A DNA stretch of 64,000 bases from the NCBI GenBank assembly GCA_050084515.1, contig CM114271.1:16554001-16618000 (forward strand). Direction: 5' to 3'. The DNA comes from Blasia pusilla (taxonomy: Eukaryota). Below are positions 1-16,057 of this stretch, piece after piece; within the stretch, counting starts at the first letter, position 1, and each line of letters opens with the position of its first letter. The position numbers and the translations under genes were made by a program. Below the pieces are notes generated by a model, which was not told where the DNA came from, searched no databases, and saw only the letters and a list, made by a program, of their open reading frames with translations.

Positions 1-3000
1 CACGGCGCCCACTTTTTGTAGGATAGTGAAAGGCCCAATATAGGGAGGATTAAGCTTACGAACTCCTACTAATGATAAATTGGTTGTTGCTAACCAAACC
101 TTGTCTCCTTCACAAAACTCGACATCTCGACGATGAGCATCTGCATATTATTTTTGTCGATTTTGGGCAATAACCAACTTCTCCTTATCAAGTTGAACCC
201 CTTTCTGAATTTGGTCCACAAACTCATTAACTGCAGCTACCTTTATAGGTTCCCTCTTACTTTTCCCTATTCGAGTGAGACTAGAAGGAATTGAGGGATG
301 CTCGCCATGCATTAAAAAGAACGGTGTGATCTTAGTGGAAGAGTTCATGGAGTTATTATATGAGAACTCTACTAAGGGTAACAATGAGTCCCATCCTTGT
401 TGATCCTCCAATGTTAAGGCGCGTAGCATATCCTCAATAGTACGGTTGGCCCTTTTAGTTTGTCCATCAGTTTGAGGGTGATAAACCGTAGACATGGCTA
501 GTTTAGTTTGGAGCAATCCGAATAAAGCCTTCCAAAATAAACTCGTGAAATGGGTTCCCCTATCAATGATAAGCACTTTAGGAAGACCATGATGGACAAA
601 GACTGTCTCGATGTAGATCCTAGCCAACTCTCGTGCAGTCACAGTCTTCTTGGTCGGACGAAGGTGTATCAACTTGCTTAGTCTATCCACAAAGACCACA
701 ATAGAGTCATATCCCGTGATCGTACATGGTAGCTCACAAACAAGATCTATAGTGACTTGTTTCCAACATTTTTGAGGTATTGGGATCGGCTGCAACAATC
801 CTGCTGGTTTTGTGTTACTAGCCTTGATTTGTTGACAAATCCTACAACTCCTTACATATATGTCAACATCTTCTCTCATTTTGGGCCAATAGTACGCTCG
901 TTGTAATCCCTCTAAGGTTTTTCTCAGCTCCCATGTGACCCGCAATGACTGTGTCGTGAGCTTCAGACAATACTTCAGTGCGTAATTTTGGATCTTGTGG
1001 GATCCATACTTTATCTTTATGGAAAACCAATCCTTGAGCCTTGTATACTCTATTGGCATGAATAGCCACGGTAATTTCTTCATCCTCCTTTGTGGCTTTG
1101 GATAACTTTTTCCACCAACTAGAGTGAATCTCCACTTCATTTATGTTATTCATCTGTGGTATACGAGTCAAGGCGTCTGCCAACTGCTTCTTTCCTTCCA
1201 CATAGACAATTTTCATCATGAATTGTTGTCGCCATTCTGCCCATCGAATTTGACGTTTGGAGAGCTCCTTCTGGGACTCTAAGTAGACCAAGGGCTTGTG
1301 ATTAGTCTCCACCACAAACTCCTTATCGCCCAAGTAATGTTTCCAATGTTTGGTTGCCAACACAATAGCAAGTTCTTCTCGCTCAGTTGTATGGTAGTTT
1401 TGCTCCGCTGGCAATAGCTTGCAAGAAAAGAAGGCAATAGGATGTCATCCATCCTCCCATTCTTGTTGTAGTACTCCTCCAATACTAGTACCTGAAGCAT
1501 CTGTGGCCAACTTGATGGGTCGATTAGGATCATACCACTTCAATATAGGGGCTTTGATCAAGGCATCCTTTAATGATTGAAAAGCAATCTCTTGTGATGT
1601 GCCCCAATTCCATTTTTGTCCTTTCCCTAGTAAAGCTGTTAAGGATTGTGAAATTTGAGCAAAACCTTTGACAAATCTTCGATAGAATCCTGTTAACCCT
1701 AGAAAACTCTTCAATTGAGTTTGATCCTCAGGTGCACTCCATTTTTGGATCGCTTCTACCTTCTCACTCATCACTTGAATACCTTCTACGCTTACTCGAT
1801 GCCCTACATAATCAACTTCTGTTTTACCGAACTCACATTTTGACGCTTTAGCATACAACTCATTATCTTCTAGGATTTGAAGGACTTCTCGTAGATGATT
1901 TATATACTCCTCTATCGTTTTACCATAGACTAAGATATCATCTAAGAATACAATGACAGACTTGTCTAAATATGGACGAAAGATATCATTCATTAGGCCC
2001 ATAAAGGTTGCAGGTGCATTAGTAAGACCAAATGGCATGACTAAGTATTCAAAGTGTCCATACCTAGTATTTAAAAGTCTTGTGCACATCTTCATCCGCA
2101 ATTCAAATTTGGTTGTAGCCGCTACGAAGGTCAAGTTTTGTGAAGTATTTTGCTCCTTGTAGTTGGTCGAACAAATCATCCATTCTTGGTAATGGATATT
2201 TGTTTTTGACTGTTTGTTGATTCAGTGCTCGATAGTCGATACACAGTCGCATGCTTCCATCCTTCTTTTTCACAAAAAGGACGGGGGCTCCATATGGCGA
2301 GACGCTTGGTTGGATGAAGCCTTTTACGCAACATCTCCTCCACTTGGGCTTTGCATTCTTCTAATTCTCTTGGAGCTAAGCGGTAAGGAGCTTTACATGG
2401 TGATGTGCTTCTTGGAAGGATCTCAATCTTGTGGTCTACCCTCCGTTTGGGTGGTAACCCTGATGGTAAATCATTTGGGAATACATCTTTGTATTCCTCC
2501 AATACTTCTCTCCACTTGTCTGGTACCTCTGAATATTTTTTCAAACCATAAACATCTCTTATTAAACCTAGGAAACATACAACTTGATGTTTGATGGCGG
2601 TTTTTCCTATTACATATAGGGGTAGGGTTCTAGGATGTGATCTGACTCTGTCTCCGTAAAGCTTCCACTCTCGAGTCGTCACGAGTCTTTTTTCTCCAAT
2701 CTACCTCTGGATTATACTGTTCCATCCAAGGCATTCCCAAGATAACATCATAACGTGCTAACCTAATGACCTTCATCTCCAACTCTTCCAAATACTTTCC
2801 TATCCTCAACTCTACCCTTCGAGGAAGCTTCTCAATCTTTTCTGTTTGCCCATTTGGTAATTCTACCTCTTCTTTTTGATCCCTCTCTAAAGCTAAGCCC
2901 AATTTCATAACTATGGCTCTTGAAAGGAAGTTTTCTGTTGCCCCATGATCAATCAACACTCTAACTTGGGATCCTTCTACTTCCCCATCTATAATAATGA

Positions 3001-4302
3001 GACATGTTTCTCCTCTCTTCAAACCATTTACCTCTACATATTTGTGTCGACCCTCGTCTTTCCTCCTTTTGTTAGAACCAATATATCCGAGAGGCACGAT
3101 TACTGGTGGTTGGCGTTTCCCTGAGGTCCATCTTCTTCGTCATCTTCCTGCATATGCCCTCCTTCAAGATGATTAAGGGGGCGTCGATATGGCCTATTTT
3201 GAGCCTACGAAGACGACAATTCATGGATATATGACCATATCTACCACACTCAAAACATTGGCGTGTATCTCTTCGGACTTCGAATTCTCTCCCTCCTCTA
3301 GGAACCCCGACCCCGTCGGTTCAAGGAGCAATCCCTTGTATGTTGGGGTTCCGATCTCTCTCCATTGGCACCCTTCCATTATACCTTCGCGGCGCATAAC
3401 CATCTCGTGCTTGAAGGTTACCCAACTCCATGGGTGTGGGTCCGTAGTGGTTGTTCATGGAAGCAACCACCTCTCCTCCTCCTTCGTACACATTTGCCAT
3501 ACGTTGGGCACATGCGATTGCTTCATTGATATCTTTTGGGTTGTCTCGAATCATCTCTTGACGCACCTTCTTCTTCAAACCTCTCTTAAACAGATCGAGA
3601 GCTTCTGGCCCACTCATGTCACGGATTTGTATCTACAAGTCACGAAACTCTTCGATGTAGTCCTCCATAGTTCCTTTCTGCTCCAGTCGCCATATTTCAT
3701 TCTAGCAGTGAGGATTGGATTCACAGCTTGGAAATTTTGCAGCAGCCCTTGCTTCATTCCGCTCCATGTAATTTGTTGAGTTGTTTCAATCAAGGATCTC
3801 TCCCATCCTTGATACCATGTCAATGCTCGATCGATTAACCAAGATCTTACGAACATCCCTGCAATATGATCATCAATGTTGAAAAGGGATAAATGGATTT
3901 CCATCCGAGTGATCCAACCCTCTAATACCCCCATGGCTCGACTTCCTTTGTACGGTTCTACCTTGCATGCCTTTGTCATTTTCAATATCAATGAGGCTTG
4001 AGCATTCATCTCCATCACTCTTTGTGCTGCTTGGGCCTCCAATGCTCGTGCCCTTAAGGTTTCGTCACTCTCCCCAAAAGTCACGACACTCGTGGTTTCC
4101 GTCTCCATCCCACCTATCGGTAGAACTCTCTCTCTCTCTCTCTACTCTCATATTTCTGACCGAAGCAACTTCTTGCGCTAATTCTTGGACTTGGTTTTGA
4201 CTTTGATCAAATGCAACTCTCAACTCTCTCAATTCACGAATCATATCCCTCAAAGTTTCTTCCATGATCGCTCCGACTTTCCCTTGATCCTTTACTATCA
4301 CT

Positions 4303-4611
4303 CTAATATAAGATCAAGATATACACCTGCCAATTTCGCACAATAGGGACTACAAAAGGCGGTGTTGAGGCAATGACTTCATTATAATACTCTTGGCCAA
4401 ACTTCCTCACCATAAACTCTCTATATGCTATCTTAGGTTGACAAACCACATGGACTATACATCGAGTGTTAAAAAACACTTGTGAGGGCCTATTCAAATC
4501 CATTCCCCATATCTCCTCTAAAAAATATATATAAATAGTGCAATCCCACACACGATCATATGTAACAATAGGGAGGATCACCGGATAGCGAGACTCCATC
4601 ACTTGCGTCAT
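4303..4611 (-). CDS. Extra ORF upstream of gag in Gypsy A, unknown function
   Basis: 102-aa sense ORF between PBS and gag; protein-like with an internal repeat. No recognisable domain. Confidence 0.3.
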   Translation of the reverse strand: MTQVMESRYPVILPIVTYDRVWDCTIYIYFLEEIWGMDLNRPSQVFFNTRCIVHVVCQPKIAYREFMVRKFGQEYYNEVIASTPPFVVPIVRNWQVYILILY

Positions 4612-4875
4612 GAAAACTTCACCAAAGTGATATACGAGATATCTCGTGAATCAGTGTCTATCTACATATAAGAGTTTGATGGTGAAGGGATTAAACGGAA
4701 ATTAGGAGCCACTCTCGCTCCCCTCCATCCATTACGCAAAAGCAGCCCTTCCCCTTACTCTACTTGCGGCTCTATAACCACCGACCTCTAACAACCTATC
4801 TACTCTAAAAAAGTATATCATTACTTAGTCATCCTTCCAAGAGGGGTAATCCACTCTCGTTGGAAGAGCAACCTT

Positions 4876-4887
4876 GCTCTGATACCA
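4876..4887 (-). promoter_or_regulatory. Primer-binding site complementary to tRNA-iMet 3' end
   Basis: Minus strand reads TGGTATCAGAGC one base inside the LTR's terminal CA. Confidence 0.92.
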
Positions 4888-4888
4888 T

Positions 4889-5241
4889 TGTAACTCTCCA
4901 GCTCACAGAACCACTCTAGAGTTGCTCAAAGGTAGAATGCCCTCAAGGCCTCTCCTCTTCCTTTATATACTTAGAGATAGGTACAATGAAGACAAATTAG
5001 CTCTACCTATCCTTATGCCACATGTCCTACTCTCATAGCATGAGAGAATCTCCTTTGGAGTCTAATGTCCCAACCTCATCTTCCTCGACCTCATCCTTAT
5101 CTCCCTTTTCACCAACCTATGGCCCCACTCTCATCTTTATCTCATGTATCTTATCTTTTCTCTTTTTGGTTGATTCTTTCCCACTTATGCGCTTCATGTC
5201 ATAGATTCTAACTTAACTATGACTAACAAAGGATGGTTACA
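4889..5241 (-). repeat. 5' LTR of Gypsy A (353 bp)
   Basis: Bounded by TGTAAC...GTTACA inverted termini and directly adjacent to the PBS. Interrupts the pol of Gypsy B. Confidence 0.9.
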
Positions 5242-5501
5242 CCTCCCAACGGAACCATCTGGCCCGTTGTAGGATCCAATCCCACTCTCTAGCACCCACG
5301 GTGCTCGCAACGCTGCCAGTACAAAGGTACTCCAAGATTACTCCATCATCATGAATATCTTGGCCACTTGTCGTCTCCTCACTGGCCTTGGGATCTAAGG
5401 ACTCTCCACTAGACCTCGCCATCAAAGTCTCCACACTTTGGCTCTCCATAGCCAACATGCCTAAACAAGCCTACGCATGCCATCCTGGCACTAACTCCTC
5501 A

Positions 5502-6900
5502 TCACTCTCTCCATGCCATCGAGCTCCAGTCGCATCTTCGCTGCCTCGGGCATGGGTTACAACTCAACCCATCTGCATCTTGGCTGAGCGTCTTAGGTCT
5601 ATGTACCACCTGAAAATCATACTCCTGCAACAATAGAGCCCATCTCGCAAGCTTCTCTATAAGCTTGTTGGACTCCATCAACCATTTCAGTGGTTGATGA
5701 TCAATGATGATGGTAAAGGGGTTGCCAAATAAGTAACACGTGAAATGCGCGATAGCCCACACTGCAGCCAAGCACTCACCCTCATATGAGTTGTACTTCG
5801 CCTCTGCATCGTTGTTCGAGCGGCTAGAGTAAGCCACCACGAACTCTCTACCCTTCATCATCATGCTGGGTGAGCACCGCTCCAAGCCCCAACATGCTCC
5901 AATATGTGTGCAACTGGAAAGGACGTCCCCTGATCGGTCTCCTCAAGATGGGCGCGGACGTCAACTTGTCCTTGAGGAACTGAAATGCTCGCTCTTGCTC
6001 ATCTCCTTAGTGCCACTCGTGATCCACCTTGGTCAGCAAGGTTAGCGGCTTCGAAATCAAACTGAATCCCTTGACGTACCGCCGATAAAAGTTCGCCAAT
6101 CCCATGAATGTGCGAACACGGCTCACATCTGTAGGGCGTGGAATGCAAGAGAGATAGCTTCTACCTTTGTCTGTTGAACACCAAGGCCCCCTGGGTATAT
6201 TGTATGACCCAAGTACTCAATCTGTTCATAGAAGAACTTGCACTTGCTTGGATGTAGCTTTAGCCCATGTAATTGCAATCGTTGAAACACCTCCTCTAGA
6301 TGTCGGTCATGCTCCTCAACCGTGGCACTAAAGACTATGATATCATCAATATAACACCTAGCAAAATCCAGACCAACCAAGATCCTATCCATGATCCTCT
6401 GAAACTCAGTCGGGGCGTTCTTTAACCCAAATGGTAAGAACCGCCACTAGTACAAACAATCCTTCTCATAAGGATCGATGCCCCAAAATTCCGTCTTCTG
6501 TCTGTCCTCCAATCTGATAGGCAACTGATGATATCGGGCTCGCAAATCCAATAAACTGAAGACCTTTGCGTGACCAATCGCATCAAAGATCTCCTCAGGG
6601 GTGGGCATGGTATACCTATCGGACTTTGTCTTCCAATTGATAGGTCAATAATCCCCACACATCCGTCTATCCGTCTAGTTGCTATGCACATCCTTCTTGG
6701 CGGGCATGATAGTGGCGGATGCATACTCCCCATGCGACATCTCCACTACTCCTGCTCCGAGCAAGTCCTGGCTCCTACTCTAAATCAGAGCCCTCTCCAT
6801 ATCACTATACCTGTAGGGAGGTCGAAAGATCGGCGTATCACTCAACAACTCAATGCGGATCCCCAGTCCCTTCAGCGTACCCAAATCCTCCATGCTAAAC
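5502..6900 (-). pseudogene. Reverse transcriptase-RNase H of Gypsy B
   Basis: CYIDDIIVFS, LKLHPSKC, YLGH, then RNase H AYSSRS/YEGECLA/DHQPL/RWALLLQEYDF. Confidence 0.92.
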
Positions 6901-7344
6901 GCAAAGCAACTCCTATAACTCTTGAGGAACTGATGTATTCGGCGCTGCTCTCCTCCTGTCGACTTAGGGCCTATATTTGGCTCTCAAGTCTCCATTGTGA
7001 CTATGGTAGGACTCTCCGGCGCGGGTATCGGTGGTTGCTATGGTGCAACCCCGTCTCAAACAACAACACTCAACCACTCTCTTGCATCCAACTGCAAACT
7101 CTGATCTCCTCCACATGAAGTGCCCAAAACCACGCTCAATATTGTGGCTATCATCTCCTGGCGTACCTGCAAAACATCCCAAGAAGTCCAAGGGTGTCTC
7201 TCCCGATCTCCCCTCGTGTGTCAATCTCCTCGGGTCTCGCCCCCAACCACTGCCTCCACCGTCTCGGTAGGCATGGGGCTCACCAACGCAACCGCTGTGA
7301 TCTGTCGCGATCTCATCCGACGCTGCTCAGCCACTTGCAAGCCG

Positions 7345-8280
7345 AAGATCCATGTCAAGTAGTTCAGGTCCATCGCCTAACCCAAGACATGGCGTCGTGA
7401 GGCCTCTGATATTGACGGTTCTGCCATCACTCCTGTGGGAAATCCCATCACCCGCTCTCTCTCGTCGGCGTTGGGCTCCACCAACCTCTAAACTTGGTCA
7501 TCCCAAACCAATCCAGGACTTGCCTCCTTGTATGGATAGGAAGTAGGAAAACTCACAAACGTGGGAAAGGCTGCCCGCGGCTTGCCTACCGTGTTGACCA
7601 CAATCAACGGTGGTTGATCATCGTGCCTCACTACCTCTGAGCGATGACCTGGATCCAGAATGGAATCCACTAACAAATGGGATGGGCGCTCCACTCTCGC
7701 ATACGCCCTCTATAACATCGCATGGGGCACCAAGTTGGTCCACCATAGACGCGGGCAATGGGCTCTAGAACCTACACTCGCCGCATCCAAGAACACTGTT
7801 GGGCGATCCAGGCACCCACCTGGTGAGCACTCGTCACCACCCGTGATCTGGAGTCTCCTAAGATTGATACATTCTCCAGAATGTAGGCTGGAGAAAGAGA
7901 CTGGTGCTCCTGCAACTACCGTAAGACCCTCAACATCTCCCAAAATAACCTGGACTGAGTGTCTGCCAAACCGCTGCCTCGTCCAGCACTCGATTGGCCC
8001 TGACATGGCCAACCGGCAATGACCAAATCAATGGTCCCTACCCTTTCTAAGTCTTGCACCCCCAGCAACAAAATATCCCTCGGTAGGGAACTCTGGTACC
8101 CCTGTACCGCGGACGCAGACAATAAGTCGGGAAAATGTAGGCGTAATTGCGCCACATGTTGTAGTGAGATACACCTCGTAATGTCATCACTCTCCACATA
8201 CAGGTACCACTGCACTTGCACTCCTGCCTGCAAAACAACAGCTAACCAGTGTTAATCCCTCCAAAGAGATCTAACACTCA
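7345..8280 (-). pseudogene. C5-cytosine DNA methyltransferase domain (DNMT3/DRM-like motif style) within Gypsy B pol
   Basis: Motif I VLDLFGGI (~8254-8277), motif IV DLVIAGWPCQGQSSAG, motif VI YILENV (~7870), motifs VII-VIII LDAASVGSRAHCPRLWWTN, motif IX ERERVMGFP (~7440-7465), motif X RRHVLG*AMD (~7370-7400). Canonical order; stops and frameshifts present. Confidence 0.9.
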
Positions 8281-9307
8281 AATATCCTTCTTCGGCGTAC
8301 ACCACACAATGGGTGTGGTATCCAAGGGTGTCATCGTAGCACTCCCTACTACCTTGGGTTCCTCAAATCCGTCAGGCTCCGTGCAAACGCCTCACTCCAC
8401 GCGGTCTGCACATGCTCATCTGCCAATCGTCGAAGCTCCTCAGTCGAGCCCCACAGCGGCACCTCTCCTCCACGGAATGATGCGGCTACCATAACACTCC
8501 TCTCGATAGAAATGTTAGGAACGGGAGTATCCTCTGCATGGACATGTCCCTCAATCAAATCACTAAGCCAAGTGATGGCACTGCTAAATGCTGCTAAGGT
8601 CGCCATCTCTCCTGGCCGTTGCTCAATCACTGCATCTGTGAATCGAACGGGTAATGAGCTAAGGCGCCCATCACTTGATTGCCATCCTGGTCTCTAGGTG
8701 GCTGACTCCTCCCAGTAATCCAGGGAAAACCCCATCGGGTATAATAGTGCTCCACCAACCGAGACGTCGTAGGACTCTACATCAATCACTATCGCCTTGG
8801 CTCGCACCACGGACTCATCTGTAGGATGTCCCAGGCGAATCCTCACCACAACCTCATGTCGGGTGATATACTGTGTGGTACTCGCTCCACCCAAGGATGT
8901 TTGTATCCGGAATGGACAACGCTCCACATCAGCTCTCATCAAGCCCAATCCTCTAAATGATGCTTTTCCCAACATCAGGGGTTGCGCTCTTGAATCCAAC
9001 AAGACGCGCTACGGACTAAAAGCTCTACCTCAAGGGACTCACCAACTGGAAGACCTCTCCTCAATTATCCAGCAACACAACATCAGGAGAAGCCATGGTG
9101 TTGAGCATCAACAATAGGAGTCGTCGTACTCGCTTCTCCCATCACCCTCCGTGCCTGCACACCAACAACATCACCAACTCTCCACGAACTTTGATGAGGA
9201 CCCATCGATGGGGTCCTCATCGCTTCGGACAATGTGAAAGATTGAGGAAGCCTAGTCTATTTTCTGGCTTCCCCTCACTGTGGATCCAACTCTATGGTTG
9301 CTCCACG

Positions 9308-10326
9308 CGTCACAACTGCGGCGGCTTCCATCTGGGCAACCCCGCACATCCAACCAAGATCCTCCACATCTGTGGTTGCTCCATATGATGTCGATGCCAC
9401 AGATCCGACATCGGGTAACCTCAATGCCATAGCGGCAATCTGCTCCTATAGCTGCTAGTAGTAGAAGTAGCAGCAAACTTCTATTGAGTACTATTTAGTT
9501 AGCTAGTTCTTCTAAAAAAAACCGCAAATAGTAATTAAATTAGGGAATTTTGAAACCTTCCTTTGGATGGACCAGATGGTGTATCAAGATGAAAATCAGG
9601 GTTAGGAACTCATGAAAAATTTAGCTTAACTCATGAAAAATCCTTGTAAAATGAAGAAGATAAGTTGTTTTGTGAACTACTTAATTTTTATCTCCTGGAT
9701 AGTAAAATTTGTACATCTAAATTTTTTTGGCTCATGTTGTGCATTTACAATTCTAAATCTCAATTAATTTTACGTCCAAAACATTCATTTTATGGTAGGT
9801 TGAAAGTGGTTTCCTTGACATTTTTAACAAGGCTTTCACAATCATGTCATTTTGGAAATCATGAATAACGTTTTTCTAAATGATCTATGCATATATTTTT
9901 TCTTTTCCAAACTAATTTCAAAAACATGATCTCATCGAAATAAGTGATGAAATTAAATAAGGTTAGTGACTATTACTTCTCAAGCGCACCTTGGTTTTTA
10001 AGGTCTAGAATTTTACGACTAGCTTCTCCTAAGGAAAAGTGATCATTCCTAAATAAATGAGTACTAGTAGATGACAAGAAAATCTCAATGGCCTTAACTT
10101 CCATCCACATGATACTATAGTTTCTTCTTTATTCTATTTCGAAGAAAATGCGTAAAAAATCCCCTTAATTTAAGCCGTCACAACTGCGGCGGACTTCCAT
10201 CTGGGCAACCCCGCACATCCAACCAGGATCCTCCACATCTGTGGTTGCTCCATATGATGTCGATGCCACGGATCCAACATCGGGTAACCTCAATGCTATA
10301 GCGGCAATCTGCTCCTATAGCTGCTA
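9308..10326. repeat. 150-bp direct duplication (9308-9457 and 10176-10326) flanking a ~720-bp AT-rich insert
   Basis: Both copies read CGTCACAACTGCGGCGG...CTCCTATAGCTGCTA with only a few differences. Confidence 0.9.
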
Positions 10327-13620
<3,294 letters not shown>

Positions 13621-14674
13621 GTGAGTGCTGACCATAAAGTGTTAGTGCAGAGATTCAAGTGTTATAATCGTTGGTGGCTGTTAGAGCTTTGAGCTTCTCT
13701 GGATGTCATCAGAGTGATGGCGGGTGTTTCTTTCCAACCAATGGTTCAAAATGACTCTGGGTACTTTTTGTCCAGATTAAGGAGCCTTCCTTTTGAAGTG
13801 AAGGTCAAGATCTTTACCATGAGCAGGCCTACTAGTCTCTTGGACCGTAGCCTTGCCCTCCCAGAAATTTGCAAGGGCAAACATTTGTTACTTTCGTGCT
13901 TACTCTGACCGTTATTGGACCCCAAATAGGCGACAAAGGCAGACTAGGAATTGGCTATTCCGTTGAGAAGATCGTCATGTGTATGTGCGATTTGTAGACA
14001 TTGTTATATGGAGGGAGGATAGAGGAGCACTATTAGCATGGCTAATGCTTGGGGTCACCCGCAAAGTCACTCTTCATATCTGTCATGATGTAGGGGGGAT
14101 TCTCCTTGGCGAGGATCATCCCATTGTTAGGAAAGCACGAGCCATCATTGAATATACGCGTTCTATTGGTGGCCACACGGTAGAGGTTATTCTTGAGTAT
14201 TGTAATACTTTGGAAGTTGTAACCTCGGGGGACTTAGTATGCATTCGCTCAAGTCGTAGAACGATTTCTGGGAAAGTTTGCATATGTTGCCTAAATATAT
14301 GTCGTGATGCTGCAGTATGGCAATGAGTCAGATCCGTAGCCTAACTTGAGGCCCCTCATATGGCAGACGGATAACATTTGTAATTGTAAACATGAAGACA
14401 ATAAGAGGATCCATTTTTGCCAATCATGAATTGAGTCACCGTTATTTGTCTTCATTGATGATATTGGGCTTATTTTGAGGGGGCATGGTGTGTGTACACT
14501 CTTGACCTTGGACGATAAAAGATGATGTTACGGGGATGTATGCAACCAAATAATTAATAAGAAGTAATGATTTCTATAGAAACAATTGCTTCTTATGTTA
14601 CTTAACTTTAATTTGTTAATCGTTGAATTTCTACACCTAATAGTAATCTTATTGTCTTTTGTCTCTACATGTAG

Positions 14675-15350
14675 GAGTAACCAACGTACAAGGATAGCGC
14701 GCCCAAAATACAAGGCCAAGAGAACCCCCGAGGTGAGCACTTATGCGCCATATAGTGCACTGCAGGTTCTGTAGAAGGCAACCCACATTTGTGCAATCTG
14801 TGATGATGGGGAAAACCTGGTTGTTTGCGATGGGCCTTGTGCAAGACACTTCAACGCAATTGCATAATCAACCGGGATTATAGAGAACTCTTGTCTAGGG
14901 TTCAACCTCCCACCAAACCACGAGGGGAGCTGGTTGTGCGAGGATTGTGTGAAGCAAATGGCCATGTGTGCCAAGTGTGGTCTAGAGGGGAGTTTTGCAG
15001 AGAGCGAGGATTCTAGGGTTCGTGTGAGAAAGTGCCCAGATACCTTTTGTGTGAGGTTTTTTTGCTTTACTTATTTGCCTACGGGATTGGAGTCTTGCCC
15101 CATGCATTATTGCCCAGAATGCCATAAGCATGATAAGGAGTTGTGGGAGGACATGGTCATTTGCCCTAGGTGCCCCACGGCATGGCATTGGACTTGCTTG
15201 AAGAAGGCTATGAGCAAGGTTTATGCATGCGATTGGATTATATATGACCATGCTGCATGTGGTGAGGATAGGTGGTGGTTCTATTGCCACCTGCACAAAG
15301 TTGATCCCACACTTCAGACTCCTTTGAGAGATCATATTTCATGGATTTGA
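14675..15350 (+). pseudogene. EDM2-like tandem PHD-finger module, with in-frame stops
   Basis: One frame reads HICAICDDGENLVVCDGPCARHFN...WLCEDCVKQMAMCAKCG...CPMHYCPEC...ICPRCPTAWHWTCL...FYCHLHKVDPTLQTPLRDHI, which matches my recollection of the EDM2 PHD region. Stops at ~14772 and ~14865; probable splice acceptor at ~14674. Confidence 0.75.
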
Positions 15351-15939
15351 TTTTCAGGTAGGCGGATGAGAGATTCGTGTCTGAATAGAATTCCGTGGCA
15401 CTTTGGTGGAGAGTGCAGGGTAGCCACTTATGATGTAAAGAGGGTCGAGGCTCTAAACATGCTTACTAGGTAGGTGGTATGACTTCGTATAGAGACTCGT
15501 TATTACCTTATCTCTGATTTTGAGAGTTCCAATCTTTTGAAATTTTGATTCAACGTCCATAATTGCGAAACTATATAATATGGAGAAAAATATCAAATTT
15601 ATGCAGTTTTTTTGTTTAGGAAGAATGAAATGTAATCGTGGTGGTTTTTAAAAGACTCTTGTAATTAGGCTCTTGATTAGGATGTGTCTGGTTGCAGGTG
15701 GAATTCTGTATTCATTCGTCATCCATTGCCATATCCAATCATGCAAGTATAGCTTTAGAGCTAGGTAGTCCATCATGGAAAATCATTGGCAACATAGTAC
15801 CAAAATGAGAATTGTTGAGCTTCCCCCACTCCCAAGTGGCGATATCTCTAAAGTGTTAATGTGTCATGAGACCTCATCCGGATGCGCATCGGGTACGATG
15901 CCAACCTCTCTTTTTGCAGGGATTGTATCTTGTATCATG

Positions 15940-16057
15940 GCCTCTTAAAAAAAAAAAAAAAAAGTATCGCTTTGGGTTGAAGGTAGTTTCCTCTCTCCTC
16001 TCTTCCTCTCTTCCTCTCTTCATCTCTTCCTCTCTTCCTCACCTCTTACCGCACCTC
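15940..16057 (-). mobile_element. Terminus of a MULE related to the 23812-36571 element, body extending leftwards
   Basis: Reverse complement GAGGTGCGGTAAGAGG...GAGAGGAAACTACCTTCAACC...(T)n AAGA matches 23812-23880, and the similarity stops at the same terminal base. Confidence 0.75.

Larger units (their letters stand above)
1..5241 (-). mobile_element. Ty3/Gypsy LTR retrotransposon A (5' LTR, PBS, gag-pol; 3' end outside window), degenerate
   Basis: Minus-strand order gag (4301-3321), protease LIDHGATENF (3097-2630), RT with VMPFGL and FLDD (2682-1445), RNase H TDAS...ETNHKPL (to ~863), integrase (YYWPKM, HPQTDGQT; 1140-148) and a PYIGPF motif near 20-60. Order PR-RT-RH-INT is Gypsy. Many frameshifts and stops. 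Confidence 0.95.
5242..9457 (-). mobile_element. Ty3/Gypsy retrotransposon B carrying a cytosine methyltransferase domain, degenerate and interrupted
   Basis: Minus-strand order: protease (LLDSRAQP, 9002-8694), C5-MTase (8280-7345), RT (LPFG, CYIDD; ~6900-6000), RNase H (YEGECLAAVWAI, DHQPL, ADGLS; 5885-5502), then cut by the Gypsy A LTR. Confidence 0.88.
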
